Shown piece by piece: positions 36,731 to 50,369 of a DNA stretch of 64,000 nt. The notes under the pieces are model-generated. The model was given only the letters and a program-made list of their open reading frames with translations. It searched no databases and was not told the origin of the DNA. The DNA lies in contig NC_042999.1 of assembly GCF_006345805.1 (NCBI RefSeq), positions 117,304,001 through 117,368,000 on the forward strand, written 5' to 3'. This DNA is from Octopus sinensis. Lineage: Eukaryota. Position 1 is the stretch's first letter. Each line of letters starts with the position of its first letter. The translations under genes were made by a program, and so were the position numbers.

Positions 36731-38238
36731 TCCGCCCTGAATAGTAACAAAAATGCTTTTATTTTTTCGTAAGGTTTAAAAAACATAAAAAATGCTAAAT
36801 AGTTAAAATAATGTTGTGGTACATTGTAACAGAGCAGCAGGAAGACGAAGATTTATTATTAAGACAATTAATTGATAAAAAAAAACGTTTGTTTCAAAGA
36901 TAAAACAAAAGATTGAAAACTTTTGTTTAACAATTATTCATCGTAATTAATCAATTTTTAAAAATTAATAAAGTTAAAATCCCTCAATAAAGTTAAAATA
37001 AGGTTAAAACATGAAATTTTACTGAAAAGAAAATTAGATACTGAACAGAATAAATTCATTGATATATATATATATATATATATATATTTGTGTATTGATT
37101 AAACTGAAATTTGATATATTTCCGCTAGTTTTCAGTTGAGCTGGCTGTTGTTTTGGACTACCACTGCGGAAATATTTTTAGCATTCTGTATAGCTTGTCC
37201 TACCTGACGATGTCGAAAATTATCTGACACTATGTGCGTCCAGTCATCTGAACATAAGTAAAAGTCTAGCATGTCTGTATGGTTTTTCTTAAGACAAATT
37301 TCCGACTTCAAAGTACTTTTACCAATATTAGTTATTGGTGATCGATACCAACCGGTAATATTGATTATTTGCATTTTTTCTCCAATTCATGAAACAAGCC
37401 TCTTTAAGAATAGAATTGTTTAATATCATCAAATTGTAAGTGCATTTACTTACAGTTTTAATTATTTGCACCTGCTATTTAGGAATTTTAAATTTACCAT
37501 AGAAAATAAATGCTTTTCTTTGCTATTATTTTCCCAATACTTAAATGTACACTATGCTAGCTGTTACGCAATAACATTTCGATATATACTTTTTATGTAT
37601 CTTTAAATTTGTTAACTATTATGTAAATTTTTATCTGAGGTTAATTGAATTGAATCATTTTCTTTTGCTGTTGCGTTGCTAGATCTTTTTGAAGTTGGTT
37701 ATGGAGTTCCTGTTTCAAATAATTATAAATTTGATTAATATGATTTTCTTATTATTAACTCAGATGCTAAAGCCAAAAATGTCAGGAGGCAACAACCCCT
37801 GAGTTTACAGAAAAATTCTCAAAATAATTTGTATTGACTCACGATAACCAATTACACAGCAGACTGTGCCTCGTCGATGTTAAATGTGATAAAAGACATT
37901 TTGTTGAATAAGAAAAAGCATCAAAACTATCTTAAAAAAACTACTAAAATTGAACAGTCACCATCTATCAAATCATTTTAATTTATCGAAACGATAAATC
38001 TTGGGATGCAATGGTGACCAAACCGTTTCTTGAGGCCGACATTCATTTTCACAAGCTCATTAATCTAAATCTGAGTCGTCTCTTTAATTCTGTTAATAAA
38101 ACACTGCCATCTCAATCTACGTGCCGAAAATATACTTAGTGCAAATATGGTTCATAATTGCAAGAACTGCCTGGCTGATCAAAAAATGTATATTTAATTT
38201 TTCTTATATTTGTTCCAGTCATTAGACTACGACCATTT

Positions 38239-39068
38239 GTTGATGAAACTGAGATTGATGAAAACAAAATGTTAATGTACTTATTGGTTCACTTAAAAAT
38301 CCTCATAACACGTTCTTTATAGAATGTTTGCCGCAGTCACCGCTCAGATCGCAAAGCAGTATGGCGGTTCCAAGAGAAAATATTCTCATACAGTTATCTG
38401 ATGCTGCTCGTTGTATGTTAGATGCTGGAGAAACAGCGCAAGTTATGAACTCTAAATTCTTCCATGTAACCTGCTGTATCACCAACAGCAACACTGGTCT
38501 AAAAATAAAGGCTTTCTATCCTTTAGTCAATTGTTTAATCGCCACCGCCAAGCCTGCTATTGTAAAAAGCAAACATCGTTGGGAGTAATCGAAAACAATC
38601 GGATACTTCATTCAGCCAACTGTGACTAGGTGGTGTAACTAGTTGGATTACTATGTCTAAAACCTTGCAGAAGTTACAAAAATTATAAGACGAAGGTATT
38701 TTGGTGTAGGGAGCGAAAGAAGCTGTGCGAAATCCTGAGATCAGGACTAACCCTACACAAATCTGTTCAGACTATCTGCAGTTAAAGGAGTTGCATTTGA
38801 AAGCTGAGTTAACAGCCTTCACCATCTACGATGCTTACAAAAGCCTCATAGAATCTATAAATAACATAACTTGTAGGTTCTATAGAAACCAAATCAATTT
38901 GATAATTTAACTAATGAACCCCAAGATTTCACCCTATGATCTAATACAATACCAAGCGATATCAGCTGCTAAAGAATATAGTATTTTAATGTTGAAACAA
39001 ATACCTACAAAATACAGGAATTTTTTGCCTACAAATATAAAGCGTTATATCATATTGTACTATAATAA
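38239..39068 (+). pseudogene. hAT-superfamily transposase relic (DUF659/CGGBP1-like group)
   Basis: VDETEID..VNVLIGSL; RENILIQLSDAARCMLDAGETAQVMNSKFFHVTC; IKAFYPLVNCLIATAK; QPTVTRW; C-terminal ISPYDLIQYQAISAAKEYSILMLKQIPTKYRNFLPTNIKRYIILYYN; contains stops and frameshifts. Confidence 0.85.
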
Positions 39069-40873
39069 ATTTTCACAATTGTTAATTTTTAAAATTGTTT
39101 TAACAATACTCGTATAAAATACAGTAATTGAAGCTAGAGTGAACACCCTAATGTTAATGGATTTATTAATAATGATAAGATTTGAGGTTAAAATCTGCTA
39201 ATAAAGTTAAAAGGTAAGGTTTAAGAAGTATGAAATTAGGTTAAAATCAAGCAATTTTGAAGGTTAACAAAATTGCCCTATTGATTATTAGTTAAAACCG
39301 TTGTTAAATTAAAGTCGGAAAGGTGGCGAACCAGTCGATCCTCAGTCTCGAAAGTTGTTATAGGATATTTGAGGATACAGATGTGGATTCAAATCACTAT
39401 TTGGGACATGCCTGTAGGAGAATTTGAACACAATATTGCAAGCCAGAAACTCGTCTAGTTTATTATGTTGCCTTTTCCAGCAGCTATCAACATTATTGCT
39501 CTGTGATATATATTTTCAGATTAGTGGGTTTATTACTCCACTTATCTGAAAATTATGAACTCAAAATTACACCAGTTACAAAATACGAACAGCCACTTAT
39601 ATTGACTAGGTCATTTGCAATTCTCCGACTACTTATTTAAAGATATTAAGTAAACAAAACTGTTATGCAGACACTCTCTAATTCATAATTAAAGGGAACC
39701 ACTTGAAGTTAACATCTTCATTATGTCGCTTATAGAGGACACGCCATTCTGTCGAAATCCATTCTTCTTCAAGTTTTATTCTTGATAGAATATGAAGTCA
39801 AACAACCTACGTTATTGTAACATTCAGAACTCACACAGTATTCCTACTACATACAATATTGAATGATATTACATAGTAAATGCAGAGAGTTGCGAAGTTT
39901 AATGTGATAACAGTTAATTATATTTGATAAGGAAAATGACCTTTTAGTTGCTAGCCTGGCATCTTATCGATTCACCAGTATCATTAAACACTCCTACAAC
40001 TGTAACTTAGAATTAAGTTAACATTGACAAGATATGAACCTAATTCTTCAATAAATAGTCGTGGCGTTTGTGAGACAATAACTATATGAGATGGTTAACA
40101 TGAGCTCAAAAATTCTAGTAGTGTACATATTTATTAATGAAGCACTCCTTTCCGTTTGAATCAATCGGTAAAACAAGCTCACTATCACTTGAGATATTCT
40201 TAAAGTGAAAGTGGACAGTTTAATTCTTGCTATTTGTTTTAATTAAGTAATGGCAATGTTTTCTACTTCCTGTTGCTGTCGTACATAGTTTCCTGGCAAT
40301 AACGGCACAGCTATGCAATCTAATATAATGTGGTTGGAAAGAGGTTGGCGGACAGAGAGCTACTATATAATGAACATGTATTATACTTATTTATCAGCGA
40401 CTCTATAGCAATGTCATAGCCAAGTTTCGTAGAATAGTGATAAGATCATGATGGAGCAACACTTGTGAAATGGTTACAATATTTGGTTGTAGACAATTCT
40501 CTTCACGTAATTAATCCGATAATGTTCTTGTAACAATTAATGAATGCCATAAATCTCGTTTTATTTGCCTTTTAAATTCGTGGTATTGTGATTATGTAGA
40601 AAATCAATATTCTAGTCGGAGCAAATGCAATTCTTTGTTGTATTTATTTATATTTCTGTACTTACTGAGTTCAAATCATATCGGGGTTCATTTAGCCTTC
40701 TGTTCTTTTCGGAGTTTCGGATTCGTAAAACAAAGTATTAATCAATTAAATCTGATTTGGGCAAAGTTAGCAAATGTATTATCGATAGGATTATACTTCT
40801 CGTTAAAAATAAGATCAAACTCCCTTTGTGGTGCTCTACCAGTGATGAATCTACGGACTACTTTCATATAACT

Positions 40874-41830
40874 ATGGGGTAGTCCGATTCCGCACAGATG
40901 ACGGATTTGGTGGGCCTATATCTCCTCTCTCAAATTAAAAGTAGCTTGCCAAATGAATCCGGAGGTCTTTATAGGGAAGATGCGCTCCTTGCTACCCAAG
41001 GTCTATCTAAATTAGCAGCAGAAAAGATAAAAATGCCCTTAGGAAATTATTGTTAGATTTTTTTCAACCTTAATATTATTTTTGATGCTAATTCTAAGGT
41101 AGCCAGCTTTCTGAACGTAACAGTGGACCTTAATAGCGAATTATACTACCCGTTTTGAAAACCTAGTCAATCCCTGCAACATATTAACGTTTTCTCGACT
41201 CATCCTAGATTAACTATCAATAGCATCATTACAGCTATTAGAATCTCAATTTTTTCCTCTAATGAGGAGATCTTTAATCAACATGTCCCGGTTTGCAAAA
41301 TGCCTTGAAACTAAGTGGTTTTAATTATCAAATTTCTTACACACCTAACACTAAACTTGAGAGAAAATTAGCAAATATATCTCCTAACTCTGTCTCTAAA
41401 ACTATTAGCGCAAACCCTGTATTGAGAAAACAAAAATTAAATTATCGTTCTTTTATTGTGGAAGCATACGAATTTATTGTCATTAATTTTTAAGTCATCT
41501 TTTTGTTGCACCATCAGTCGTTCAGATCCCCACCTCCTCATTTGTACTGTCACTTCTATGTTGGCTTCTGGTAGACAATAAAGAATTACAAAAAGTGTCA
41601 AGAATGTGATTTTATGAGGATACCTTTCTTGATGAAGGGGATTTTGTCTGCATGGTTTGTATGATTTCTATTAAAATTTCTACCAGAGCATGAACTCTGG
41701 AAACGGCCGTAGAAAATGGACTTCCTCGAATGGTATTATATACCTTATATACCATTTATATATTTAAAAATATACACATTGAATTCTATGGATCTTTTAA
41801 TTGAAACAACTCTTAACTGCTCTTAACTTT
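40874..41830 (+). mobile_element. Penelope-like element: RT fragment and 3' pLTR region
   Basis: MG*SDSAQMTDLVGLYLL..GGLYREDALL (YRDD motif decayed); SFLNVTVDL..F*KP..THP..ISIFSSNEEIFNQH..NALKLSGF. Confidence 0.85.
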
Positions 41831-41923
41831 AGTACAAGATATATTTTATCAGTTCTCTTTTTCTCACATTTCTTTTCACACATATCCCACATAGGTTTTC
41901 TTTACATGTATTTTATGTATATT

Positions 41924-41954
<31 letters not shown>

Positions 41955-42109
41955 ATTTTTACTAATATTTAAAAAAATATTCATATATGTCGATATGTAT
42001 TAATATATGTATACCTATTTTAAGTCGAATTTATAACTGTATGAGTATGATTGTCTAATTTGTGTTTATATCTTAATTATTTTATATATATATATATATA
42101 TATGTATGT

Positions 42110-42141
<32 letters not shown>

Positions 42142-44104
42142 GCACACACACACAAACAAACACACACACACACACATATATACATACATACAACACAGTC
42201 TAGGAATTGATAGATTTTACAGCTTTTTCGATTATTTGACCTCTAAATTTTAATTTTCGAGTGAAGTACAGTTAACTTTATGGATAGAAAGTATTAGCTA
42301 CGTGACACACTATATAATCTCTACTTCATCATTATCGTTATCATCATCACTGCCGATATCGCCATCACCATCGTCGTTGTAAATATATCCAATCCATAAT
42401 CATGTAATACTTAGCTTATTCACTAGCATTGTTTTGTTCCCTCTTTTCTGAGTGTATGTCGAAATGCTTTGTTATTATGGATACATCTCAGATAATGGAA
42501 GTCTTGATTCTGTAGTGTCTGTATACTTTGTCTTGAATCGACAACGCATCTCTTTCGGTAGCACTTCTAGGCCAGACATTTCTAGCATGAACTCTCAAAA
42601 GCAGGCTAAACAGTTGATTCTCATGGATATCCAGAGTTTCTCTGAGACCGTCACTGCTATTACCCTTCACTCTACACAATGCTAACATGGAAATTCTGCA
42701 GGTCACATTGCCCGGAAATTTGAGAGCTGCTTGTATTTGAAAAAATTTCTTGATGCCAGGCTCCTATCGTGGTTTTCTCTTAACCCGAGCCTGGTAATCA
42801 GTTAGAGTATCGTGAGTGTCAAAGTGCTTAACACCTGGCCATCAGTAACGAATATCAGATGTCGTAGCTTCAGCTCATGCCTGCTGCAGCTTCAGTTACA
42901 GTTTATTGAGCCCTCTGGGGTGGGAGAAAATGGACTATTTGACCAATGGAATGCGTACCTTCCACAAGATATGAAAAAAATGTTCAGATTCAGTAATTTG
43001 GCTTTATTTCCCTTCGGGATAAATTAATTAAGTACTAAGCAAATACTTTATTCACCCAGATAAGGAGGCCTTGCGCCAATATGGAAATTCAGTCACATAA
43101 GTGTTGTATCTGTCAAGGTGAATTTTACTATTCATCCTTTTAGGGCTTATAAAATAAAGTACTAGGCAAATAGTGTGGTCATTTAATGGAATAACTGCCA
43201 TCTTCAGACGTTTTGGCCCTTTGCCTTGGTAAAAAATCATTATTATGGTTGTTGCAAGTGCCAGTTGAGCACTGGAGTCGATGCAGTCGAGTAGCTCCTA
43301 CACCAAATTCCAGCCTTGTGCTTATATTAGAAAGGATTATTGTTACGGTTATTGTGGTTTAACTCGAGGTCAGCTTAGATCAAACAATTCTAAAAGACAT
43401 TCAACAGGATTTTTTTTTTATTTAAAATGTTTTCTTATCTGTGTTTCATATATAATGTAACAAGAACAACATTTGCAATGCGTTCTTTCTTCAAAAAAGA
43501 AAAAAAACAAACAAACAAAAAGGAAAAGCAAAACAGTCGGATGCAATTTGAAGAACATTTAGTTGCTATTTCTAAGAGGTCGAGCGACCACCTTGAGGCT
43601 TCCGCGTTGCCAAGTAGTCACGTTATTGTTGCGATAAGCGTAGTTCTTATTTTCATGAGAAGTTTTCGTTTCTTCACACTTTATCTCTAATCTTTCATTA
43701 ATTGTGGATAACTAATGAAGTACATCAAACCTGAACAACAAGTATAACATAGATAAAATTTCTTTATATAATATAGTCTTTATAATTGTTTAGTTCTATG
43801 TCAGTATTAACTGAACAGGCTTATCAAAAAAGGCGTTCTTGTCGTGATTATCCAACTCTAATACTAGGCATCATATATCTGAAGTACGTTATCCAATATG
43901 TTCATCCCTTTTCAAGAAGTTTGAAGGAGATTGAGATGCTATTGCAAGATGGTAAGCAATTTTAAAGAAGTTCACTCTTAATAAAACCTTTTATTTTTTT
44001 ACTTCAATCCTTTAAGATGCTGAAGCACCATTTAGCAGGGTTTCTCGAAAAATCCTAATACTTATATTAAATCAGTTATTTAACCTTACGGTATCCTGTG
44101 TCGA

Positions 44105-44760
44105 GGATCCCGTTCTTTGAGGGAATGTAAACAAATCAATACAGGTTGTTAAGCGGTGGGGTACAAACACACACACGCACACACACACATACACACACAC
44201 ATACACACACACACCCACACCTTCTCGATAGACACGTATACAGTTTCTGTCTACTGGATCTACTCATAAGGTATTGGTCGGCCAGGAGCTATAGTAGAAG
44301 ACATGCTCAGTGTCACGCAATGGTACCAAACCCAAAGACTGTGTAACTGCGAAGCGAACTTCTTACCCGTACATCCATACTGGCACCTATTATAAAATTT
44401 AATTGTTTCTGATTTTAGCACGCAGTCTGCAACTTTGAGGGAATAGAGGTTTGTCGATACTATCGATCTCAGAACTCGATCAGTACTTTAGTTGATCATC
44501 CTCGGCGGGATAAAGGCAAAGTACACCTCTGTGGGATTTGAAGTTAGAACATAAAGGGCTAGAAGAAGTACCACATGCCATTTCCGACGTCTTAATGATC
44601 CTGTCAGCTGACCGCCTAAATAATAGTTTCTAATTTAGGCCCAAAGGCCAATAGTTTTTGAAGGGAGAGGGGCTGTCGATATCATTGACTCCATTACTTG
44701 ACAGGTACTTTATTTTATCGACTCGTAAAGATGAAAGCAAAGTTGGTCTCAGTGGATATA
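44105..44760 (-). mobile_element. Cluster of one SINE family B copy (internal (CA)n) and two SINE family A copies
   Basis: GGTCGGCCAGGAGCTATAGTAGAAGACA; GGCAAAGTACACCTCTGTGGGATTTGAAGTTAGAAC; GGTACTTTATTTTATCGAC. Confidence 0.7.
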
Positions 44761-45009
44761 ATCCTTTCTATTCTAAGCACGAGGCCTGAAATCACTAGTA
44801 TCAACCCTTGGCTCCTTCATTTTCTATATCATCTACATTCATTCTCCACATTCATGTATTCATATATATACACATGCATATATACATACACACATTCACA
44901 CACATACATACATACATACATACATACATACATACATACATACATACATACATGCATGCATGCATACATAGATACATTCATACACATACATATTCTATTT
45001 TGTATTTTA

Positions 45010-45300
45010 AAATATAAGAATACACTTGACCGGTTTCATATCAAATTTTCAAAAGTATATGCTGTGTTGAGTTGTATCGCAGATTATGTCTATTCTGAGC
45101 GTTGTTATGGAAATAGTTTGTTTTTAAAGTAAGAATGTGGTTCAGAACGCATCTGTTAACGTACAAATTGATTGGTCAACGTTCATGTGAACGTCGCGCG
45201 AGAAGGCTGCATAAAAGATTTTCTCGTATGTGAACTGAATAAGTAGTATGATAATTGCTTACATAAACGTGTTATGAATAATTATGTATTATATTCTCAG
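45010..45300 (-). mobile_element. Probable PLE terminal fragment with a decayed hammerhead-like motif
   Basis: Minus strand ATACTT TTGAAAA TTTGATAT GAAACCGGTC AAGTGT at 45058-45022. Confidence 0.4.
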
Positions 45301-45445
45301 TGTTCTTTATATGTAGAATCTCACTCTTTTTTTTCTCTCTCTGTACACACACACATGCATACATACATACATACTTACATACATACACACACACACATAT
45401 ATATATACATATATACATACATATAAATATATACATACACATATA

Positions 45446-45529
<84 letters not shown>

Positions 45530-45590
45530 CATACATACATACATGCATACATGCATACATGCATACATACATACATACATATTGTGCAAA

Positions 45591-46480
45591 ATGAACGACA
45601 TCTTGAAAACACACAAACTCATCAAATGCAAAAAAGCAACATAAATCGCTAAAGAGACTACTAACAAATGCGAAGCTTTACAAAACAACCACGAAGCCAA
45701 TGGTTAAAAAATGTGGACGCCCAAACTATGGAACCTGCCCCAACTTGAAGGCTTGGATTTTCTTTTCAAACAAGGACTGAGGTTCGCGATTAAAACTACT
45801 TTCACTTGTGTCTCTGAGAACCTAATTTATGTAATAATCTGCTCGGGTTGCGGACACCACTATATTGGACAGACAAGTATGACCTGGAGAAGGAGAACCA
45901 CTCTATATAAAGAGCAAATCCGTTTCCCGCAATACAGGCAAATTCCTCTCAGTGAACATATAGAAAAATGTGCAGATAACATGAAACCAACTTTCACAAT
46001 CTTCCCCTTCTACCAGTGCAAAGACATAATCTCTCCACAAGAACGTTTAAATAAAGAAACCTTTTCATTGAAAAATACAGAATACGTCTTAATATGCACG
46101 CGTAACCAACTTTTATCTTTTTTACATATTTCAATTCACGATTACATCACTGTACATAAATACCTTCACTATACAAGTTTTTCGAAACATCTTTTTGTCT
46201 GTACATATATATTCCCCTATATATTTACCGAAAGCTGAACAGTTATCTCCCTTGCTCACAAGAATAGCAATAATAACAATAATCAATTACCTCCCCTTAT
46301 TTTTCTACTTGTGAAGTCATTCACTCGTAAATATCATCACACGCAACATGGGAAAAATTTCTTTTTAAGGAAATACATATTCAAATAAGTAAACCATAAT
46401 ATCATGAATAGCGAAAGTGAAACCGGTCGATATATTAAAAATTATATTAAAACTGTGTAAAGTGTGTGCATTTTCCTTTT
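45591..46480 (+). mobile_element. Penelope-like element 3' part: GIY-YIG endonuclease and pLTR
   Basis: KCGRPN.GTCP, FTCVSENLIYVIICSGCGHHYIGQT..RRRT..KEQI..YRQIPLSEHIEKC..FPFYQC..ERLNKE (ORF 45711-46238). Confidence 0.92.
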
Positions 46481-46509
46481 TTATTTCTTATATACATACA
46501 TATATACAA

Positions 46510-46599
<90 letters not shown>

Positions 46600-47460
46600 A
46601 TACTTGTGTGTGCCTGTGTGTGTGTGTATGTGTACGCACACAGACAACACACACACAAATATATCACCAATTGTATATCATTGTAATTGTATAACTTTTC
46701 TATTCTTTTTCTTTCTGATTATAGATGTACATCCTCTCTATTATTTATCTAGTCTTTCTTTTATGGTCTTATACTCGATAACCGTACTCAACAGTTTCCC
46801 TTTCCTCAAGTTTTTCTAAACATATTCCTAATTAGTTCCCCTTCTCTTTCGTTTTCTGCATTACTATCTTAATTTGTGTTTCATACGTATCACAACGTTG
46901 AATGAACCCTGTGAAACCAATTCCATAATGATGTTGAATTTTGTTAAAAGTTTCAGAAAAAAGAAAGCAATGAAGCGAAATAATGGAGGCATCGAGATTT
47001 ATCACCCATATGAAATCTAAGATTTATGAACTATGAAAGTGTCAGTTAAATAGTTTATCAGCAGTAACTATAGACACATTAAGGTTTTTCTACCAAAGAT
47101 AAGCAGATAAGAAAGGTTAGCAGTAACAGCATCAACAACAACAATAGTAATACCAAAACCAACGGAAGCAATGCATTGGATCTCTCGTTCTCACATAAAT
47201 AAATCGTCAATACGGTAATCCCGTATTCAGCAAATCAACTTGATCTTCACCAATGCTCCCAGTTGGATACCAGGGCAAGATAATCCTTTGCCAAATAGTT
47301 CTGCAGGAATTAACACTGTACATATCAAGTAGGTACAATCCAATCTATCATCTACTCCCAACGGACAGTAAAAGAGAGAAATGTATAGCTAAGAAGTTTC
47401 ATCCTCGAGAACTGCAATTGCTGTCATATTCCATTTGAAGCAAGTATCTTCTTCAGATAT

Positions 47461-47620
47461 GTGGAGGCACATGACCTAGTGTTTAGAGCAGTGGCCTCGC
47501 GGTCGAGGGACCGCAGGTTGAATCTCAGATCGGGCGATGTGTGTGTTTATGAATGAAGCACCTAAACTCCACGCGGTTTCGGCAGAAAGTAATGGCGAAC
47601 CTCTGCTGACTCTTTCGCAG
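47461..47620 (+). mobile_element. tRNA-headed SINE family C
   Basis: GTGGAGGCACATGACCTAGTGTTTAGAGCAGTGGCCTCGCGGTCGAGGGACCGCAGGTTGAATCTC: decayed tRNA-like cloverleaf followed by a non-tRNA body. Confidence 0.7.
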
Positions 47621-49808
47621 AACGAGAAGTAGAGGAAGGAGAGGAAGAGGTAAGAAAAGGAACCATGTTCAGATTAAAATCAAAACGCTTAAATCTGGTT
47701 TTCATGATCTCTTCAGTTCCTTGGATTTTCGCGAGAAGAAAGTAGAGTTTAAACAGGTTAATGAGAAATATCTAAACTACATAACATAAAAGGAAAATCC
47801 TGCTGTGAGAAACTGGAAAAATCGAATCTAGTACGCTAAAGAGTTGATGTGTCAACTAATAATAAAGTGAAATTTGTAGGAACCCCATTCACTAAAATTT
47901 CACTTAGAACTGATGTTCGGTTGACTAAAACGACATCACTGAAGTTCAGCCATATTATGAAGGATTATTGGCTCAACCTCGTAATTATTAGAGTATTAAC
48001 TCAATAACATATTAGCATGATAAAGAGGATATAAAAATTCCAAATATTATATTGAGACTACTACATCATCTGTAATATTATCAATCGGTGTGTTATCGAT
48101 TGTTTGATTATATAATGAATATTTCATGTGTTTTCATGTAGTTTGGTCACCGGTGCTCATGACATTACTACGTGTCTAAAGTAAAGATAAGAGGATGAGA
48201 AGCAAGATTAAGTTGCATATTAAGTAGCTTTTGTATTAGTCTCTGCATTCACAAACCGTTTCTTACTTGGAAATGAATATTTTATCCAAATTGAATTTCA
48301 GTTTTTCTAACAGATAAAATATATGCATAAAAATTTAAGAATTTAAATTAGATTCGTTTAAAATAAGAATGAAAATACATGCAATTGATTTTTGTTAGTT
48401 TCGTCTATGTTACCGGCTGCAACTATTGTGAAGTTACAGTTTCAGAAATACCCTGATTTTGCATATTTTTGGTTTCTCGTATGTCACGTGTTCTGTAACA
48501 TTGCTCTAAACAGTTTTGCTAATCAATCATTATTCTCTCGGCCTTACAACAATTTCCAACATATCTGACCTTCATCTTTAGTGCTACATGGTGTGTCCTC
48601 TTCCAACATCCAACCTTAATATCAACACATCTTACCATGAACCAACCTACTAGAAATATCAGCTAAATCTGCCTCAAACCATAACTAATATCGTAAATAA
48701 GACACATTTGACCAATTTAGCTCCAGCTATATACTAGGGCTGAAGACCTGAAAAGATAGTTACTGCAGGAATGTTTCTGATCATAGGTTTCTTGGATCTA
48801 GCCCGATCTGGATATAAACAAGTACAATGATATATCTTTCGAAATTGTTTTCAAAACTTCAAGTGTAGAAAAGCGATGGCAAGGCAGAAACAGAAGTGAT
48901 GGACTAAATGACATAGAATTAAGCCCGCTATTTCAATTTGAGTTTGTATTTAAATTTTTTATGAGAGTTAAGTGTTTTCGGATGTACATTGATGTGGATT
49001 CAGTCAGCTAAAATCATCTTCAAACCTCTTTCATTGCACAAAGAGAAAAAGAAAATCAATATTTCAGCCTTGAATTTTGAAGAATCTGATTCTATCTAAA
49101 CACTATGGACAAAAACTTGGTGACATACATGGAATTCATTGTAGAATTACGCATCATTTCTCCTGTCATAGTATTTGCCACAGATCAGACGTCACTGTAT
49201 TATTAAGCAGTTCATTTCACAGCCATATAGATCTGTCTTCAATCCCAATACGCAGAAAAGCATGGTAAGAAAAATTGTTGAATTAATTCTACAATAAATT
49301 ACATGAATGTCATCAAGTTACTATTTCTTTCGTAGTATTTAGATGTAATCAGCTTCACTGATTCGACATCAGTGCATGTCTGAAAATGTTTTTCTCGGTT
49401 CTAGAGAATTCAAACGCAAAGTCGACCCCGATAATATGAATTCAAGTCTAACAAGGAGAAAACTAAATCTCTAAGTCTCTGAGTCATTTAGTCCAGCACT
49501 ACTGTGTCAGTCACACATCGTCTGTCTTCATTGCAAAGTGTGTAAGTATGTTCTATAATGACTTTGGGTTGACCAATATCTTGTGAGGGGAAATAGGTGG
49601 TCAATAGACTGAACCAGTCCATCGTGTCTGCGTGTGCGTGTATGTATGTATGTATGTATGTATGTATGTATGTATGACTCAGAAGTACCTTTTGCTTTTA
49701 AATGATACATAAAATTATTACTTTGTTGTAATTTTGTTTTCATAAATTGTGATACTATTTTTGCTTCTTTGATTTGAATATATTCTGACACAGACATATA
49801 CACACTCA

Positions 49809-49870
<62 letters not shown>

Positions 49871-49872
<2 letters not shown>

Positions 49873-50122
49873 CAAAAGATAAAAATGTAGTTAGGTGTTA
49901 AATAACCACCTAAGGGATATTAAATATCCAAAGAATTTACTGATTTTTTTACCTACATAAATAAACTGTATGCTTATTTTATTTATTTATTAACCTATTT
50001 GTTATGAGCGATAGTTCATAACATTGTTATTTATATAAGTAAAAAAAAAACAGTAAATTCTTTCGATATCTAATATGCCTTAGGTGGTTGTTCAACACCT
50101 AACTAAATTTTTGTTTTTTGCA
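49871..50122. mobile_element. Fold-back MITE-like element, ~250 bp, with long inverted arms
   Basis: TGCAAAAGATAAAAATGTAGTTAGGTGTTAAATAACCACCTAAGGGATATTAAATATCCAAAGAATTTACTG is the reverse complement of CAGTAAATTCTTTCGATATCTAATATGCCTTAGGTGGTTGTTCAACACCTAACTAAATTTTTGTTTTTTGCA, with a few substitutions. Confidence 0.85.
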
Positions 50123-50369
50123 TAAATTCTGATAATTTATTTGTTACTTTCTAGTATCAGTAAATACAATTGTCTTATACAGAATAATACTAGATAATGG
50201 AACTATTACAATTGACACATCTCTTAAAGACATACCAATACCTCCAAAAATGTATATATGAAGGAAATTATTGGCAATATAACAGATTTCACACATACAC
50301 TAATATGGAGTACTGTTTATTATGATAAAAACCAAATGGGTACCACTAATAACAATACGGATAATAGCA

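Noticed and set aside
42452-42706. Overlapping 72-77 aa ORFs on both strands
   Set aside because: No recognisable family and no convincing donor site before the stop.
48747-48765. CTGAAGA CCT GAAA resembling a hammerhead core
   Set aside because: No stem II or stem III, and it lies in a SINE tail.
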